From contig DTSZ01000001.1 of the NCBI GenBank assembly GCA_012965045.1, forward strand, positions 284,937-348,936: a stretch of 64,000 bases of DNA, written 5' to 3'. The stretch comes from Candidatus Saccharimonadota bacterium. Lineage in GTDB: Bacteria > Patescibacteriota > Saccharimonadia > Saccharimonadales > DTSZ01. The notes below the pieces were generated by a model. That model searched no databases. It was given only the letters and a program-made list of their open reading frames with translations, and had not been told where the DNA came from. A program made the position numbers and the translations under genes. This document shows, in pieces, positions 55,252-64,000 of this stretch (the stretch's first letter is position 1; each line of letters starts with the position of its first letter).

Positions 55252-58200
55252 ATTTGGCTATAACGTTTGCTGCACCGAACAAGCTGACAAGCTGCTGCAA
55301 AAAGTCATCTGAGTCTGCGTCAACCTTGAATGGAAGACGAACCGCTTGACGCGAATCTCTATCAATCACTACGATAATTTCGTTCTGTCCCTTGTAGTCG
55401 CCAACCAGACCGCGCAATTGCTTGAGCTCTTCGTCCGAATTGTCTGGGTTAGTTAGTTTAATAAATACTTTCTTTGCCGGCATGGTTTCAATTTGATCGT
55501 CTTTAATGGGCGTAGCCTTAGGTAAACGCTTTTTCTTGCCTGTTGCCGTATACGCATCAGCAGTTGCTTTATCGAGCTCAATTACCTCATCAACCAGTAC
55601 TTTAAGTTCGCTGATGTTGCCGTTTCGATCTTTTGCATTAAATTTACCTTGAGCATGTATGACTGTGTCGGGCTGCCAAATCTCTTCGTTGCCCTCGTAC
55701 GCACCGGGAAAAACAACCAGTTCAATTGAACCTGTTTTATCTTCAAGTCCTACAAAAGCCATTTTGCTACCCTTTTTGGTGGTTATCTCGCGAACGGTGG
55801 TAAGCACTCCGCCAACCGAAGCAGATTTGTTGTCGTGACCTTCATTCAGTTGCCCAAGCGGCATGGTTTGTTCGTCTAAGTATTTTTCAAATGGGTCGAG
55901 TGGGTGCGACGACAAATAGATCCCAAGCAGCTCTTTTTCCCATTGTAATTTCTCTGATTCAGCCACGTCAGAGGCAGGTGCATCGAGTTGCAGTACTGGA
56001 TTAATTTCTGGAGCAAGGCTGCCACCGAACAAATCCTCTTGCCCACTGAGTGCTTCTTTGTGAAGTTTCTGAGAAAACGATAAAATTGTTTCCATATTTA
56101 AAAGCAACTTCCCTCGGCTTGGCTCTAGTTCGTCGAATGCACCGGCTTTAATAAGGCTTTCCCAAGCTTTTTTATTTACTATCCGTGGGCTTACTCGTGA
56201 CGCAAAATCTTCTATAGAAGAAAACTTTCCATCTTGGCGGGCTCTAAGAATTTCTTCAACTGCGCCTCGTCCGACATTTTTAATAGCAGACATGCCATAG
56301 CGAATTTTTTTACTATTTGGTACTACTGCAAATTCCACGAATGACTCATTGACGTCAGGTGCAACAACCTCTAGCCCTAATTTTTTACATTCAGAAATTT
56401 CAATACTTAAGCGGTCGGTGTCATCAAAATCGCTTGTCATTAAAGCGGCCATAAATGCTGCTGGGTAGTGAGCCTTTAAGTAGGCCGTTTGGTACGCAAT
56501 TAAGGCATAGCAGGCTGAGTGTGATTTATTAAAGGCGTAGTCGGCAAAACCCATTAAGTCGTCCCAAAACTTCACCATGATCGATCTATCGACACCGCCA
56601 TGATCAACGCCACCGTCGATAAACTTCACCTTCATTTTCTCCATGACATCACGCTTTTTCTTACCAATCGCTTTACGCAAGGTATCGGCTTCGCCGCCTG
56701 TAAAGCCACAGACGTTCTTAGATATCTCCATAACTTGCTCTTGGTAGACTAGTACTCCAAAAGTGTTACCGAGTGTTTCTTTCATTTTTTCATGCGGAAA
56801 CGAGACTTTTTCTTTGCCATTTTTTCGTTTTACAAACGAATCTGTTAGTCCAGCCGTAAGCGGACCGGGGCGATACAATGCTGCCATAGCAATAATGTCA
56901 TCGAAGACGGTTGGTTTAAGCTGTTTGAGATAGCGCTTCATGCCGGCAGACTCTAATTGAAAAACCCCAGTTGTCATACCATTTCCAAGCAATTCATATG
57001 TCTTAATATCATCAAGTTCTAGCGTACTTATGTCTATGTCGGTGTTATAGACTTTGCGAATTATCCTAAGCGCGTTATTAATAATAGTCAGGTTTGATAA
57101 CCCAAGAAAATCCATTTTCAGCAAACCTAGTTCTTCGACTGGGTTCATTGGATACTGCGTGGTAACAACTCCTTTTTGCGCCATTTCAAGCGGAGTGTAG
57201 TTTGTTATTTCATCTGGTGCGATGACTACACCAGCTGCATGCACACCGTGCGACCGAATCGTCCCTTCGAGCCGTATAGCCAAATCGATAATCCGTTTAC
57301 TCTGTTGATTTGTCTCATATTCGGCTTTTAGTGAAGGGTCATCTTTAATAGAGACTTCCAGTGGGATATGTCTTCCTTGGATTGGCGGTGGCACCATTTT
57401 TGCAATTCGGTCAGCTTCGGCATATGGAATATTTAAAACACGAGCGACGTCTCGAATAGCGTTTCGCGCGGCCATCTTGCCAAAAGTAACAATATGAGCA
57501 ACCCGATCTTGACCGTATTTATCAACACAATATTGAATAACCTCATCGCGGCGGTTGTCTTGAATGTCGATATCGATATCTGGCATCGATATACGATCAG
57601 GATTCAAAAAACGCTCAAACAGTAAGTCGTACTTTATTGGATCTAAATCAGTAATTTCCATGCCGTAGGCAACAATCGATCCAGCAGCGCTACCGCGTCC
57701 CGGCCCAAAAACTATACCTTGGTCTTTCCCCCAATATATAAAATCGGCGACAATTAAAAAGTACCCGTCAAAGCCCATATTACCGATAATCCCAAGTTCA
57801 TATTCGGCTCGCTCTAGAATCTTCGGTTCAAGTAATTTTTTTGCTTCGGCAGTCTTAAGGGTTGCTGCTTTTGTTTTTTCAACACCCGCATACCGCCACG
57901 CTAAACCTTGGTACGTCTTTTGGTGGAGATATGATTTCTCGCTAAAACCTTTCGGTACATCAAATTTTGGAATTAATATATCGCCAAGTTTTATGGTTAC
58001 ATCACAGCGCTCAGCGAGCTTGGCAGTGTTTGTTATAGCGTCGGGTCGTAATTCACCCCAGCGTTCAATAATTTCTTTCGGGTCCTTTAGATGCAAATCA
58101 GTGTCTTTAAGGCTAAATCGATCTGGGTCATCTAAATTAGAACCCGTTTGAACACATAAAAGAATTTCATGAGCGTCTTGATCTTCTTTAAGCCGATAGT

Positions 58201-58891
58201 GAGCGTCGCCAGTAAGTACGAGAGGGGCGTTAAGCTTGTCAGCTAAAGCCATTACTTTGTCGTTAACTTTTTTTTGCTCGTCCCACTCTAAGCCGTGATC
58301 TTGGATTTCAAAATAAAATCGATCACCAAATACTTCTAAATACCATCGGGCAGCTTCTTCGGCCTTATCGTCTTGGTCATAGCGGAACATTTCGCCAATC
58401 TCACCACCGATACAACCACTGGTTGCAATAATACCCTCGTTATATTTTTTCAGAAGATCTCGATCAATTCTCGGCTTGTAATAATAGCCATCAAGATTAG
58501 CAATACTCGACAGTTTCATGAGGTTTCTGTAGCCAATATTGTTCATTGCAAACAGCAGCATGTGGTACCGGCTGCGATCTTTTTGTGGATCTTTGTCAGT
58601 GTGTTTACGATTCGCTACATAGGCTTCAATTCCAATAATCGGCTTAACGCCAATATCTTGAGCGGCCTTATAAAAATCTATTGTGCCAGACAAAGTACCA
58701 TGGTCGGTAACAGCAACCGAATTCATACCCAGTTCTTTAACTCGCTGAACCATCGGTTTTATTTTTTGAAGTCCATCAAGTAATGAATGATGTGTATGAT
58801 TATGTAAATGAACAAAATCGACCGGCTTAATGGTCGTTGAAGTAGATTTTTTTGAAGAAACAGATGCCGACATATTGCTTAATTTTATCAC
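55250..58891 (-). CDS. dnaE: DNA polymerase III subunit alpha
   Basis: About 1210 aa. PHP domain FVHLHNHTHHSLLDG, polymerase core and OB fold. The ORF-track start is GTG; an alternative ATG lies at 58873. Confidence 0.96.
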   Translation of the reverse strand: MIKLSNMSASVSSKKSTSTTIKPVDFVHLHNHTHHSLLDGLQKIKPMVQRVKELGMNSVAVTDHGTLSGTIDFYKAAQDIGVKPIIGIEAYVANRKHTDKDPQKDRSRYHMLLFAMNNIGYRNLMKLSSIANLDGYYYKPRIDRDLLKKYNEGIIATSGCIGGEIGEMFRYDQDDKAEEAARWYLEVFGDRFYFEIQDHGLEWDEQKKVNDKVMALADKLNAPLVLTGDAHYRLKEDQDAHEILLCVQTGSNLDDPDRFSLKDTDLHLKDPKEIIERWGELRPDAITNTAKLAERCDVTIKLGDILIPKFDVPKGFSEKSYLHQKTYQGLAWRYAGVEKTKAATLKTAEAKKLLEPKILERAEYELGIIGNMGFDGYFLIVADFIYWGKDQGIVFGPGRGSAAGSIVAYGMEITDLDPIKYDLLFERFLNPDRISMPDIDIDIQDNRRDEVIQYCVDKYGQDRVAHIVTFGKMAARNAIRDVARVLNIPYAEADRIAKMVPPPIQGRHIPLEVSIKDDPSLKAEYETNQQSKRIIDLAIRLEGTIRSHGVHAAGVVIAPDEITNYTPLEMAQKGVVTTQYPMNPVEELGLLKMDFLGLSNLTIINNALRIIRKVYNTDIDISTLELDDIKTYELLGNGMTTGVFQLESAGMKRYLKQLKPTVFDDIIAMAALYRPGPLTAGLTDSFVKRKNGKEKVSFPHEKMKETLGNTFGVLVYQEQVMEISKNVCGFTGGEADTLRKAIGKKKRDVMEKMKVKFIDGGVDHGGVDRSIMVKFWDDLMGFADYAFNKSHSACYALIAYQTAYLKAHYPAAFMAALMTSDFDDTDRLSIEISECKKLGLEVVAPDVNESFVEFAVVPNSKKIRYGMSAIKNVGRGAVEEILRARQDGKFSSIEDFASRVSPRIVNKKAWESLIKAGAFDELEPSRGKLLLNMETILSFSQKLHKEALSGQEDLFGGSLAPEINPVLQLDAPASDVAESEKLQWEKELLGIYLSSHPLDPFEKYLDEQTMPLGQLNEGHDNKSASVGGVLTTVREITTKKGSKMAFVGLEDKTGSIELVVFPGAYEGNEEIWQPDTVIHAQGKFNAKDRNGNISELKVLVDEVIELDKATADAYTATGKKKRLPKATPIKDDQIETMPAKKVFIKLTNPDNSDEELKQLRGLVGDYKGQNEIIVVIDRDSRQAVRLPFKVDADSDDFLQQLVSLFGAANVIAK

Positions 58892-58918
58892 GCAAACCCT
58901 GTTCTCTGGGTTGTGAAA

Positions 58919-59200
58919 TTAACGAACTGTCTGTGCGTCTTCTACCGTAGTTTGAATGTTCTCAAAGAACCTCCCAATCAGGGGTACTTCACTAAACAAA
59001 CTCAAAATAAAAATGAGTAGTGCTAATAGGATAGTCGCTCCTAGCGCACTGCCCATGCCAAAAAATAATCCTCGCAAGAAATTTGTGGTAAACAAACGAC
59101 GGCGGTTAGCATAGCCGTGTAGTACCACAGACTCCATTGAGCGTCCAATACGCTCGTAATCACTGGTTTTAATCTCTGGTTTTTGTTTTTGCGTGCTCAC
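58919..59200 (-). CDS. Hypothetical small membrane protein (93 aa)
   Basis: Two hydrophobic segments (LRGLFFGMGSALGATILLALLIFILSLF). Family not recognised with confidence. Confidence 0.6.
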   Translation of the reverse strand: MSTQKQKPEIKTSDYERIGRSMESVVLHGYANRRRLFTTNFLRGLFFGMGSALGATILLALLIFILSLFSEVPLIGRFFENIQTTVEDAQTVR

Positions 59201-59602
59201 CTATTTTTTCTTTTCTGAAAGTTTCTCTTCAACTTCTTTCATAAAGCTCTTTGCTTTGTCAGCTAAACTGTCGGCTTCTTTTTCATCATCACCTTTAATG
59301 GTTTTTTCTACGGTGGCAATCATGTCTTCGGCTTTTTTCTTCCACTCGGTCCATTCTTCGCGTGACTTGCCGCGAGCTTTTTTATATTCTGCTTCAACCT
59401 TTTCGAATTGGGCTGTTAGGTCTTTTTCTATGTTCTCTAAATTAGTCTGAACGTCTTTCTTTAGTTCTTCGGCTTTTTTCTTAACGTCATCACGATTTTC
59501 TTTTGCACTCTTCGGTGCGAGGGCAAATACACCGGCTACCACACCAGCTATTGCTCCAAAAATCGCTCCAAATAATCCTGCTTTTTTAGTTTCTTTGCTC
59601 AT
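59201..59602 (-). CDS. YtxH-like general-stress-type protein
   Basis: 133 aa. N-terminal GLFGAIFGAIAGVVAGVFALAPKSAKE followed by a charged coiled region, the YtxH pattern. Confidence 0.75.
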   Translation of the reverse strand: MSKETKKAGLFGAIFGAIAGVVAGVFALAPKSAKENRDDVKKKAEELKKDVQTNLENIEKDLTAQFEKVEAEYKKARGKSREEWTEWKKKAEDMIATVEKTIKGDDEKEADSLADKAKSFMKEVEEKLSEKKK

Positions 59603-59604
59603 AG

Positions 59605-59877
59605 TTATTTACTGCCTTTCTTCTTAGACTTAGTACTCTTTTTAATAAAATTGTTATAAAACGAACTTAGAATTGTAGTAATAGCGCTCGGCGTAGCAGC
59701 ATTTTTCATAATTTTGCTGGCACGACTTAGATTGCTGACTGTTTCTTCCGCACTTTCAGCTACATGTTGGATTCTTTTGATAATTTTAAATACAACTATA
59801 GTCACTGTGATCATCATCACCAACAATACAAGTAAGACGACACTCAGTATGATTAATAAAATTTCTTCTGCTGACAT
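59605..59877 (-). CDS. Hypothetical small membrane protein (90 aa)
   Basis: One N-terminal TM (ILLIILSVVLLVLLVMMITVTIVVF) and a basic C-terminus. Confidence 0.55.
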   Translation of the reverse strand: MSAEEILLIILSVVLLVLLVMMITVTIVVFKIIKRIQHVAESAEETVSNLSRASKIMKNAATPSAITTILSSFYNNFIKKSTKSKKKGSK

Positions 59878-59913
59878 AGCCTTATCATACTACGAACCAC
59901 TGTATAGCTAAAG

Positions 59914-61365
59914 TTAAGACTGTAGTTTTTCTTTTAATAACTTGTTTACGATTTGTGGATTGGCTTTCCCTTTGGACTGTTTCATTACTTGGCCTACTAA
60001 GAAGCCGATAGCTTTCATTTCACCGTTCTTGACGTCCTCGGCAGCACTGGAATTGGCTGCAATAACAGAATCTACAATAGCTTCAATTGCCCCTTCGTCA
60101 GATTCTTGAATGAGTTTTTTGTCGGTTGCAATTGCCTCTGCGGGCGTAGTCGATGTAATTAATTCCAGTAACACTTCTTTAGCGCCAGTTGAGCTTAATT
60201 TGCCATCGGCGACCATTATCGCAAGCTGGTTGAGGTCGTCAGAGGTAAGAGTAAAGGTAGCCCAATCGAATTCACCGTCATTAACCACGGCCTGAACGTC
60301 GCTGGTTATCCAGTTCACGGCCTTTTTAATGTGCTTTTTATCGACAGCCAGCACTATGTCTACAAAACGCTTTTCCTCAAGCAGAATCGCAATTTGTTGG
60401 CTGTCAATGCCAAGCTTTTGCAGCTTAGTGCGAATATCGACTGGTAGCTGCGGCAATGTTTTCTTAACTGCCTGCACTTGGTCGCCAGTAATCTCAACTG
60501 GCGGAAGGTCTGGTTCGGGGAAATATCGATAGTCGTGAGCATTTTCCTTACTTCGTTGACTGGTGGTTATTTGTTTTGCGTCGTTCCAGCCACGTGTTTC
60601 TTGAACAACTTGCTTACCTTTTTCTAATAGTTCGATTTGTCGATCAATTTCATATAACGTTGCTCGCTCAATGCTTTTAAATGAGTTGAGGTTTTTAGTT
60701 TCGCTACGCGTGCCGAGCTCGGTTGAGCCAACTGGAGCAATACTCACATTCACGTCAAAGCGCATATTACCGTGGTACAAATCCGCTTCACTAACATCAG
60801 CGTATTTCATTGCAAGGAATAATTCGTGTGCATAGGCACGGGCTTCCGCCGCTGAATGCATGTCTGGCTTGCTAACTATTTCGAGTAACGGTGTCCCGGC
60901 TCGGTTCAAATCAACTAACGAAAAGTCGCTTCCCTCGGGGTGAGTAGACTTACCAGCGTCTTCCTCCATATGGGCACGCTCTATCTCTACCCGTTTTTGG
61001 CTACCATCCAACTGCGGCACATCCAACCAACCAGAGGTAATAATTGGTTTATCAAACTGGGTTATTTGGTAGCCTTTGGGTAGGTCAGGATAAAAATATT
61101 GTTTTCGATCAAACTTCATAAAACTGGCTATTTCACCGTTCATGGCCAGACCAGCTTTAATAGCGAGCTCTACTGCAAATTCATTAAGTACTGGTAATGT
61201 GCCTGGTAAACCAAAGCACAGTGGACTTACTAAGGTGTTGGGTTCTGCTTCTCGCGCTTCGTTACTAACTGGCGCAAACAATTTGGTTTTGGTTTTTAGC
61301 TGTACATGGCATTCGATTCCAATAGTCGGCACGTACTTTTTGCGGATGTCGTCGGTAATTATCAT
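59914..61365 (-). CDS. gatB: Asp/Glu-tRNA amidotransferase subunit B
   Basis: 483 aa, GatB family (IGIECHVQL..., C-terminal YqeY-like domain). 4-nt overlap with gatA. Confidence 0.96.
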   Translation of the reverse strand: MIITDDIRKKYVPTIGIECHVQLKTKTKLFAPVSNEAREAEPNTLVSPLCFGLPGTLPVLNEFAVELAIKAGLAMNGEIASFMKFDRKQYFYPDLPKGYQITQFDKPIITSGWLDVPQLDGSQKRVEIERAHMEEDAGKSTHPEGSDFSLVDLNRAGTPLLEIVSKPDMHSAAEARAYAHELFLAMKYADVSEADLYHGNMRFDVNVSIAPVGSTELGTRSETKNLNSFKSIERATLYEIDRQIELLEKGKQVVQETRGWNDAKQITTSQRSKENAHDYRYFPEPDLPPVEITGDQVQAVKKTLPQLPVDIRTKLQKLGIDSQQIAILLEEKRFVDIVLAVDKKHIKKAVNWITSDVQAVVNDGEFDWATFTLTSDDLNQLAIMVADGKLSSTGAKEVLLELITSTTPAEAIATDKKLIQESDEGAIEAIVDSVIAANSSAAEDVKNGEMKAIGFLVGQVMKQSKGKANPQIVNKLLKEKLQS

Positions 61366-62777
61366 TCAGAAACTCCCTGTTCAACCTGCTTCGCCACACT
61401 CAGCACAACTGCGTCGTTGCGCTGAGCGCCAATCACATGAAGACCAACCGGCAGGCCGTTGACTGCTTTAATTGGCACCGATGCCGCTGGCAAACCAGCC
61501 AAACTTGGGCCTACGGTCATAATATCTACTAAATACATTGCTAAAGGATCTTCATTTTCGCCAATTTTAAAGGCCGGAGCCGGTGCGACTGGGCCAACAA
61601 GTACGTCGACATCTTTAAACGCCGTATTGTATTGCTCAATAATCAAGGTCCTAACTTGCTGAGCTTTCTTGTAATAGGCATCGTAATAGCCGCTCGACAA
61701 CACATAATTGCCGATCATTATTCTGCGTTTAGCTTCCTTGCCAAAACCAACACTCCGCGACGAACGATATACGGCATCAAGGTCGCTTGCTTGCTGATTA
61801 GAATGGCCAAAGCGAATGCCATCATATCGCGACAAATTGGAACTAATTTCTGCCGGTACAATAGTGTAGTAACAGGCCAACACTGCGTCATTGATCGGCA
61901 GGTCAACCTCGGTAATTTCTGCACCGACGACTTTTAGGGCATCGACTGCTTCTTGTACAGACTGCTTAACAGCCTCGTCAACGCCTTCGGCTAAATGCTG
62001 TTTTATAACACCAACTTTTAGTGGTTTTGTTTCAAATTGAGTATACGATTTAGCTGAACGATCAATTGTGGTACTGTCACTGCTGTCTTTTCCGGCAATA
62101 ATATCCAATACCAGTGCGCCGTCTTCGACGCTATTCGTTAGTGGTCCAATAGTGTCAGTAGAACTAGCCATGGCAATAACACCGTAGCGAGACACCAAGC
62201 CATAGGTTGGCTTGTGCCCAAAAACACCACTATAGCTAGCTGGCTGACGGATTGAACCACCAGTGTCGGTACCAAGCGCAAACGGCACAATACCAGCTGC
62301 AACAGAAGCTGCAGGGCCTCCTGACGATCCACCCGGAACTCGACTTTCATCGTGGGGGTTTTTAGTTATTTTAAAATCGCTATTTTCAGTAGATGACCCG
62401 TGAGCAAAGGCATCCATATTTGCCTTGGCAATAAGAATCGCACCTTCAGCTTCAAGCTTGCTGATTGCCGTGGATTGATACGGCGCTTCAAAGTTAGCCA
62501 AAATATTACTAGCGGCACGTGTTTTGCCAGCAAATGTTAAAAAGTTATCCTTAGCAACAAAGGGTACACCGGCTAATTTACCGCTAAAAGTTCCCTTCTC
62601 TACCTGCTGGTCTATGTCTTTTGCCCGTTCACGTGCGTAGTCGTCCAGTATTTCTAGTAAACTGTCGGTGCTGTCTTTATGGGCATACTCTAGTGCGCGT
62701 TCAACCAGCTGGGTGGCTGTTTGTTTTTTAGAAACAACATCGTCGCGTAAGTCCTGTATAGATTTCCACTGATCCAT
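61362..62777 (-). CDS. gatA: Asp/Glu-tRNA amidotransferase subunit A
   Basis: 471 aa with the amidase signature GGSSGGPAASVAAG...GTDTGGSIRQPA. Confidence 0.96.
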   Translation of the reverse strand: MDQWKSIQDLRDDVVSKKQTATQLVERALEYAHKDSTDSLLEILDDYARERAKDIDQQVEKGTFSGKLAGVPFVAKDNFLTFAGKTRAASNILANFEAPYQSTAISKLEAEGAILIAKANMDAFAHGSSTENSDFKITKNPHDESRVPGGSSGGPAASVAAGIVPFALGTDTGGSIRQPASYSGVFGHKPTYGLVSRYGVIAMASSTDTIGPLTNSVEDGALVLDIIAGKDSSDSTTIDRSAKSYTQFETKPLKVGVIKQHLAEGVDEAVKQSVQEAVDALKVVGAEITEVDLPINDAVLACYYTIVPAEISSNLSRYDGIRFGHSNQQASDLDAVYRSSRSVGFGKEAKRRIMIGNYVLSSGYYDAYYKKAQQVRTLIIEQYNTAFKDVDVLVGPVAPAPAFKIGENEDPLAMYLVDIMTVGPSLAGLPAASVPIKAVNGLPVGLHVIGAQRNDAVVLSVAKQVEQGVSE

Positions 62778-62779
62778 AA

Positions 62780-63073
62780 TTATAAAACTCTCCGCACCTG
62801 AATATGACCATCTGCGTCTTTTGCGGGAACATTCTTAAGCAGTTCGGATTGCGCAGTTTGTTCAAGCGCAACCTCATCTGGTCTGAACACATTTACCAGC
62901 CCCGTTACTTGAGCTGTTGGCTCAACGCCGTCGGTATCGATTTCTTGCAATTTATCGACATAGCCTAAAATAGTTGAAAGTTCCGTTTTGTAGGTTTCGA
63001 CTTCTTCGTCCGTTAAGTCTAGCTTACTTAAAGCTGCTACGTAGCGTACATCGTCGTTTGATATCTGACTCAT
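62780..63073 (-). CDS. gatC: Asp/Glu-tRNA amidotransferase subunit C
   Basis: 97 aa. VRYVAALSKLDLTDEE... is GatC-like. First gene of gatCAB. Confidence 0.92.
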   Translation of the reverse strand: MSQISNDDVRYVAALSKLDLTDEEVETYKTELSTILGYVDKLQEIDTDGVEPTAQVTGLVNVFRPDEVALEQTAQSELLKNVPAKDADGHIQVRRVL

Positions 63074-63201
63074 GCTTAATTCAAGCTCTTTCCTTTAATT
63101 GCCTCATGAAAAACCCAACCATACAAAAAATTATACGGACTAGTGTTTAGGGGTGCTTACTAACTAGTATACAAATTGCTGATCGTATGTGCTAGATGAA
63201 C

Positions 63202-63795
63202 TTACTGCAGCTGAGAATTAAGTTCTTCTAAAACAGCTGGGTCACTAAATAAATCTTCTAACTCACCGTAATCATCGCCAGCGCTTGGCGTTTCAAAGTC
63301 ATATTCAAAGTTAAAATCATCGTAGCTGTCGCCGTAGTCGTAATAGCTTGAACCCCCAAAGGCTTGGTATTCAAAACATACACGGCCAGCTTCATGCTCA
63401 TAAGGGTCGACAGAGTAATTAGTTGCGAACTCATAATCGCTAAAATCTGGTACGGCTAGTGGGTTAAAGATATTGCCAAAGTCGGCTTCTGGACTAGGCC
63501 GGTTAAACAAGGCACAGATCTGATAAGCCGAGCTGCTTATTCGTTGGTACTCTAGCTTAGCCTCCTCAACAGCCTTTTCATCGGTGCCATCAAGCACTAT
63601 TTCGTCCGCAGTTTGTGGGAGTTCGTAGTCACTTGCATATACCGACTCTACCGCGTTGGATAGGGTTGTCACTGCTGCAGACGTTCGCTTGTCTTCAGCA
63701 GACTCACGGCGAACTGCCTGTGCGGTAAAGGTGTGGACTATAAGGAGTAAGACAACCGCCCCGGCGGCAAGTTGTGCAAAGTTCTTTGCCGTCAT
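63202..63795 (-). CDS. Hypothetical membrane-anchored acidic protein (197 aa)
   Basis: N-terminal TM (FAQLAAGAVVLLLIVHTF). The C-terminal third is Asp/Glu/Tyr-rich. Confidence 0.6.
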   Translation of the reverse strand: MTAKNFAQLAAGAVVLLLIVHTFTAQAVRRESAEDKRTSAAVTTLSNAVESVYASDYELPQTADEIVLDGTDEKAVEEAKLEYQRISSSAYQICALFNRPSPEADFGNIFNPLAVPDFSDYEFATNYSVDPYEHEAGRVCFEYQAFGGSSYYDYGDSYDDFNFEYDFETPSAGDDYGELEDLFSDPAVLEELNSQLQ

Positions 63796-63995
63796 TATTC
63801 GCCCTTTCTTTCTTGATTGAACAAGAAGTTAAAGCTCGCGCCAATAACACCAAGCGTGTAGATTGATGTAACGATATCTTGCCAGTTTTCTGCCTTAAAA
63901 TCCTGACCGTCACTGGCAATGCTCAGCAATATGTAAACCACTGCAAAACTTGCAAATAACAATGATATAAACCCAACAATCAAGCCTCGTTGCAA
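63795..63995 (-). CDS. Hypothetical small membrane protein (66 aa; start close to window edge)
   Basis: Two hydrophobic segments. 1-nt overlap with the downstream ORF. The upstream context is outside the window. Confidence 0.4.
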   Translation of the reverse strand: MQRGLIVGFISLLFASFAVVYILLSIASDGQDFKAENWQDIVTSIYTLGVIGASFNFLFNQERKGE

Positions 63996-64000
63996 GGCTC

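Noticed and set aside
1-64000. Mobile elements, prophage, integrase or transposase genes, and rRNA genes
   Set aside because: No ORF shows integrase, transposase or phage hallmark motifs, and no rRNA-like conserved strings were seen. The only mobility hint is the tRNA-Leu fragment array.

Overview
This is a gene-dense bacterial chromosome segment, about 90% coding, with nearly all genes on the minus strand. By eye GC is moderately low, in the low-to-mid 40s percent. The left 24 kb is a collinear rpoB-rpoC / str / S10 / spc ribosomal super-operon, running from rpoB at 23.6 kb down to a truncated rpsE at the left edge. The rest is housekeeping: clpP, tig, hisS, rsmD, recG, tyrS, a class A PBP, radA, clpC, nusA, pepN, rnhB, rplS, dnaE and gatCAB. 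Interspersed are ORFans and a large lamin-tail-domain surface protein. The style (tiny intergenic gaps, TAATG/ATGA coupling, ORFan membrane proteins, LTD surface protein, no rplKAJL upstream of rpoB) suggests a reduced-genome, Gram-positive-type lineage such as CPR/Saccharibacteria. That placement is inference only.

Main observations:
1. The ribosomal super-operon is interrupted at four junctions by same-strand ORFans I cannot assign. The largest is a six-gene, two-module cassette between rpsJ and rplC.
2. A perfect CIRCE (HrcA operator) lies upstream of clpP and a near-perfect one upstream of clpC.
3. An RNA-rich accessory stretch at 29.1-32.3 kb holds three items:
   - a ~425-nt highly structured ORF-free region upstream of hisS;
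   - an orphan promoter-to-terminator unit with a Shine-Dalgarno-led 13-codon micro-ORF next to a C39-like cysteine peptidase;
   - a tRNA-Leu(UAG) flanked by tRNA-Leu-derived modules that carry a conserved ~87-89-nt insertion with compensatory base changes.
4. Several genes look leaderless, driven by TGnTATAnT extended -10 promoters.
5. TyrRS carries TIGN in place of HIGH.

I found no rRNA, CRISPR array, transposase or integrase.
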